Shown piece by piece: positions 7,399 to 10,939 of a stretch of 10,939 nucleotides of DNA. The stretch's first letter is position 1. Every line of letters starts with the position of its first letter. Below the pieces are notes generated by a model that was given only the letters and a program-made list of their open reading frames with translations, had not been told where the DNA came from and did no database searches. The stretch covers positions 1-10,939 of the forward strand of contig SUPR01000104.1 of NCBI GenBank assembly GCA_005191425.1. Reading direction: 5' to 3'. The DNA comes from Candidatus Helarchaeota ASGARD archaeon Hel_GB_B (GTDB lineage: Archaea > Asgardarchaeota > Lokiarchaeia > Helarchaeales > HEL-GB-B). The position numbers and the translations under genes are program-made.

Positions 7399-7983
7399 AT
7401 GAAAATACGCAAAGTTAAAAAGGAAATACGGGCAATTGGAGTTGATGATGGACCATTTATCCCTCATACTAAAGGAAATGCAAAAGTATTTGGAGTAATT
7501 ACAAGAGGTAATTATAGAGTAGAGGGTGTTATCCAAACTGAAATAGAAATAGATGGATTTGATGCTACTGAGAAAATTAGTGATATGATATTAAATTCAA
7601 ATCATTATGGACAAATAAGAGTGATTTTATTAAATGGAATAACATTTGGTGGTTTCAATGTATGTGATATAGACGAACTTTCTAATATTGTTAAAAGACC
7701 TGTTATTGTTATAATTGAACATAGACCAGATCTTGAATCTATTAAGTTAGCCCTTAAAAAAAATCAAATAAATTGGGAAAAAAAATGGGAAATATTTAAA
7801 AAAATTAAAAAAATCGAAGAAATTACCATTAAAAAAAGCCCGAGACCAATTTATGTCCATTATACATCTAATTTAACGATTGAAATTGTAAAAGAAATAT
7901 TGAACTTAACAATTAACATTGGGCATATTCCTGAATGCATAAGGATTGCTCATTTAATTGGTGCTTCTTTTATTAAAAAATAG
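7399..7983 (+). CDS. DUF99 / UPF0215 family protein (endonuclease V-like fold)
   Basis: IGVDDGPF, EIDGFDATEKI, ILLNGITFGGFNVCDI, RPVIVI and IPECIRIAHLIG match the DUF99 motif order, and the ~195 aa length is typical. Confidence 0.9.
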   Translation: MKIRKVKKEIRAIGVDDGPFIPHTKGNAKVFGVITRGNYRVEGVIQTEIEIDGFDATEKISDMILNSNHYGQIRVILLNGITFGGFNVCDIDELSNIVKRPVIVIIEHRPDLESIKLALKKNQINWEKKWEIFKKIKKIEEITIKKSPRPIYVHYTSNLTIEIVKEILNLTINIGHIPECIRIAHLIGASFIKK

Positions 7984-8033
7984 GTTATCTATTAAACATA
8001 AAATCAATTTATTAAGATTAACACTTCTAATTC

Positions 8034-8783
8034 TCAAATTTCATTAATTTGTTTAATTATATCTGGTACTTCACTTATATCATTAATCGTAAAATCGGGT
8101 TTAAATTTTAATCCAACTTCATATGGAAAATTAAAATCTTTTTTTACTTTAACACATAAAAGTCCAACATCTGATGCACCTTTACAATCATTTAATAAAT
8201 CATCGCCGACCATAATTACTTCTTCGGGTTTTAGATTTAATTTTTTTAGGATTGTATTAAATGTAAGGGGATTTGGTTTTGTGTATCCAATATTAGCAGA
8301 AGTTTCTATTAAATCAAAATAATCTTTAAGTTCTAAAATTTCCAACAATTTTTTAATTCCTTTATCATATGGACCATTAGACAATAAAGCAACTTTTAAC
8401 CCCATTGCTTTTAACTTTTCAAGAGTTGGCTTGGTATTTGGAAATGGAGCCCAAAACTCAGCTTCTATTGCATGAAATATTCCCGCACATTTATTGACAA
8501 GGTCATTATCTTTAATTTTAAATTCTTCAAATGTTTTTGTTAAACAATATTCTGTGGAATATTCTACAAGATCGTCGAATGACTTATCAAAAGCCATATA
8601 TTTTATTTTTTTAAATTTTCGGGCAAATTTTCTGGCATTTTCTTTTTTCAGTATGCCAATTTCTACTAAATAATTAATTACATTGTTTATTCCTTTATCT
8701 ATTAAATCTAGATATTTTGGTATTGTAAAATCTTTATGTCCTACGAGTGTAAAGCCCAGATCAAAAATAACTGCCTTTATCAT
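8034..8783 (-). CDS. HAD-superfamily hydrolase (subfamily IA-like)
   Basis: Motif I AVIFDLGFTL, motif II LLSNG, motif III KP (GYTKPNP) and motif IV MVGDDLLNDCKGA. ATG 8783 is preferred over TTG 8798 because GGTGGT (8796-8791) lies 7 nt upstream. Confidence 0.92.
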   Translation of the reverse strand: MIKAVIFDLGFTLVGHKDFTIPKYLDLIDKGINNVINYLVEIGILKKENARKFARKFKKIKYMAFDKSFDDLVEYSTEYCLTKTFEEFKIKDNDLVNKCAGIFHAIEAEFWAPFPNTKPTLEKLKAMGLKVALLSNGPYDKGIKKLLEILELKDYFDLIETSANIGYTKPNPLTFNTILKKLNLKPEEVIMVGDDLLNDCKGASDVGLLCVKVKKDFNFPYEVGLKFKPDFTINDISEVPDIIKQINEI

Positions 8784-9319
8784 TATAAAAACCACCAATC
8801 CATACTAGAAAATAACTAATTTTTTAAAATAATGATGGATATTTTTATGACTAACATAAGACTCACTTAAAAAAACAATTTATTATTTAAATCTATTTGA
8901 ATATTAAAATTTATTAATTTTATATGATAAATAAAACTTTATCTAATAAAGATATTAATCTGAGAGATATTATATAATTCTCGGTAAAATTAAAATAAAA
9001 TTAAGGTTATCATATTTTTCAAACATTAATATCAAAAATTTTATAAAAAATATTTAACAGATACTTTAAATTTTAGCCAAAATAAAAATAGCCATTAATC
9101 AGAAGTTTTTATTTTTCGGATTATTGTAAAACTTCTTTAATTCTTTGTCATTCGCTTTTAAAATTGGAGGATTTTGAAAAAAATAAAAAATAATCTTCTG
9201 AATTTTAGTGTATATTGTTGATTATTATTTAAAATTAATTAGAACATAAAAATCTAAAATAATGGATAAAATTTTTAGTAAAAGAATTGAGTTTAAACAA
9301 TAATACAAATTAAATGTAA

Positions 9320-9934
9320 ATGATTAAAATGGTAAAAGTATTAGGAATTTTGGGAAGTCCACGCAAGGGTAAAAGTAATGATACACTTCTGGACGCTGCC
9401 TTAGAAAAAATTAAAGAAGATGCAGATATCGAAAAAATCTACTTAGTAGATTATAATATAATTCCATGTAATGGTTGCGACACTTGCGTTAAGAAAATGG
9501 AATGCCCGTTAGATAAAAATGATGATATGAAACAATTACGAGATAAATTATTAGACGCTGATGCTATAATCATTGCAAGTCCATCATATTTTGGAGGACC
9601 ACCAGGTATCTTAAAAAATTTCATGGATAGGTCAAGGCCACTTAAAATGGCAGGACATAAGTTAAAAAATAAAGTTTTTGGATTCATAAGTTCATCAGGT
9701 CTTAGATATGGAGCTCAACATGAAGTAATATCAGCTTTAATGAATTTTGCTCTAATTCATGGTGGCATCGTGGTAGGCGCAGCAGGGAAAGTAATAGAGC
9801 CAAATTATGCTATTGGTTCTTTTCAAGGTGATAAAATAAAAGAATTTAGAAAATCATCAGAAGATGAAATTGGTTTAAAGACAAGTGAACTACTAGCGTC
9901 TCATGTTATAGAAATTGCTAAAAGAATTTGTTAA
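9320..9934 (+). CDS. Iron-sulfur flavoprotein / flavodoxin-like FMN reductase family protein
   Basis: FMN loop LGILGSPRKG, compact Cys motif CNGCDTCVKKMEC (Cx2Cx2Cx5C, 9467-9505), ADAIIIASPSYFG and LKNFMDR. Start is ATG 9320 or 9329. Confidence 0.92.
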   Translation: MIKMVKVLGILGSPRKGKSNDTLLDAALEKIKEDADIEKIYLVDYNIIPCNGCDTCVKKMECPLDKNDDMKQLRDKLLDADAIIIASPSYFGGPPGILKNFMDRSRPLKMAGHKLKNKVFGFISSSGLRYGAQHEVISALMNFALIHGGIVVGAAGKVIEPNYAIGSFQGDKIKEFRKSSEDEIGLKTSELLASHVIEIAKRIC

Positions 9935-9955
9935 AGAAATAAATACATATAGCCC

Positions 9956-9972
9956 TTTTATTTTTATTTTTT
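9956..9972 (+). terminator. Putative archaeal oligo-T terminator
   Basis: TTTTATTTTTATTTTTT about 20 nt after the flavoprotein stop codon. Confidence 0.4.
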
Positions 9973-10056
9973 AAAAATGATTATGTTAATTGTTTTTTGT
10001 TGAATATATATTTTTAACTATTTCAAAGATTCTAAGTTTTTTTCCAAATTTTTTAC

Positions 10057-10939
10057 GACTCTAGACCTATTTTTTATTACATCTTAATTTTAGTCGAGTT
10101 TTTACATCACATTTTACTTTTTTTCTTCCATTTTAGCGTTGTATTACGGGGAGAGTACTCGCTTTTATATTAATTATTTTACACAAAAATGCTCATGGAC
10201 AATATTGACGATAAGCCTTGTGTTATTACCAGATTACCAGCCCCAGACTTATCTAATATTTCATATCCTATGTTTAACTCTAATAATATCATTCGAGTTA
10301 ACTCATAGCCCAGAATTATCAAGGACTTAGGCGCCAAAACTCGTAGAAAATTTGTGGAATTCGAAAGTATTCACCTAAAGTGCAAATCCTGTCTCTCGAT
10401 TTTTCAAGTAGTACGGGACGAGATAGTCAAAGGTCTATCAATTACTGGAGATGTACTTGATACAATATTGCTATTATACTATGATTTTGAGAATTCTGTT
10501 GAGAGGATAGTAGAATTAATGGGATCATTATATTCTATCAAGTTGAAGAAGAGTTCGGTATTAAAATGGATAAAAGTTTATGGTATTGAGTATTGATGGA
10601 AAAGTAATACGGTGTTCCGCGGAAGTTCTGAGGTCTCAAGTGGTCATTTCGGAGTTGATGGGACATTTCCAAAATTAAAATTTTTTTCAGATATTGACTT
10701 GAAGAGCAAATATATAGAGAAAAAAAAATGGCTGTGCCTTTGTTATATCTGACAGAATTACAGGACGGGAGCTTATGTACTATTTGTGAAGAGGTAAAGA
10801 CCAACAAGAAATAGAAAAATTACTTGTCCTTTTTAAAAAAAGCTGGGTGCACAGCCGAAGTTTATCGTTGTCGATTATAAACCTGCCTGGGATGTTGCTA
10901 TTAGGCGTGTTTTTCCAAATACTATGATAATTAGGGACG
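10057..10939 (+). mobile_element. Degenerate insertion sequence, ISL3-like (partial, right end outside the window)
   Basis: Transposase relic (next feature) and higher GC than the flanking DNA. Candidate left end GACTCTAGACC at 10057 resembles the GGCTCT ends of ISL3 elements and follows a T-rich tract. The boundary is tentative. Confidence 0.55.
10189..10939 (+). pseudogene. ISL3-like DDE transposase pseudogene (3' truncated)
   Basis: Stitched reading: MLMDN...SYPMFNS...PRIIKDLG...LKCKSC (zinc-finger region), HTH-like NSVERIVELMGSLYSIKLKKSSVLKWI, GHFGVDGTF (first catalytic D), and PKFIVVDYKPAWDVAIRRVFPNTMIIRD (second D, compare ISL3 'D...ay..a....FP.a....DrFH'). Disrupted by TAG 10306, TGA 10594 and three -1 shifts (~10725, ~10793, ~10840). 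Confidence 0.8.

Noticed and set aside
8799-9319. ncRNA or operator in the HAD/flavoprotein divergent region, e.g. CTTTATCTAATAAAG at 8937-8951
   Set aside because: Extremely AT-rich with no GC-rich stems, and short palindromes like this are expected by chance.
9451-9687. 78-aa - strand ORF
   Set aside because: Antisense to the well-supported flavoprotein gene.
10306-10596. Stop-codon recoding (pyrrolysine, selenocysteine or an alternative code) at the in-frame TAG and TGA
   Set aside because: TAG (7348, 7983) and TGA (8034) end ordinary genes in this window, and the same ORF also has frameshifts and lost cysteines.
10139-10807. ORFs 10139-10330 (+) and 10538-10807 (-), and 10354-10596 as a separate gene
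   Set aside because: The first two are off-frame or antisense to the transposase relic. The third is just the segment between its two nonsense codons.

Overview
Very AT-rich, gene-dense window that reads as archaeal. Clues are GGTGA/GGTGGT-type Shine-Dalgarno motifs, a DUF99 gene, an iron-sulfur flavoprotein and 40-aa-period TPR proteins. An Asgard-type host is plausible but cannot be shown from the window. In order: the 3' end of a TPR protein (+); a convergent SIR2-like domain fused to nine TPRs (-); a ~760 bp divergent intergenic region hiding a broken Cys-rich micro-ORF (-); a ~1200 aa helical/coiled-coil protein with an internal 13 x 24 bp Pro/Thr-rich tandem repeat (+); a DUF99/UPF0215 endonuclease V-like protein (+); a HAD hydrolase (-); an iron-sulfur flavoprotein (+); and a decayed ISL3-like transposase running off the right edge. 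The most unusual elements are the large repeat-containing protein, the SIR2-TPR fusion and the unannotated CxxC micro-ORF upstream of it. All motif calls were made by eye, with no database searches.
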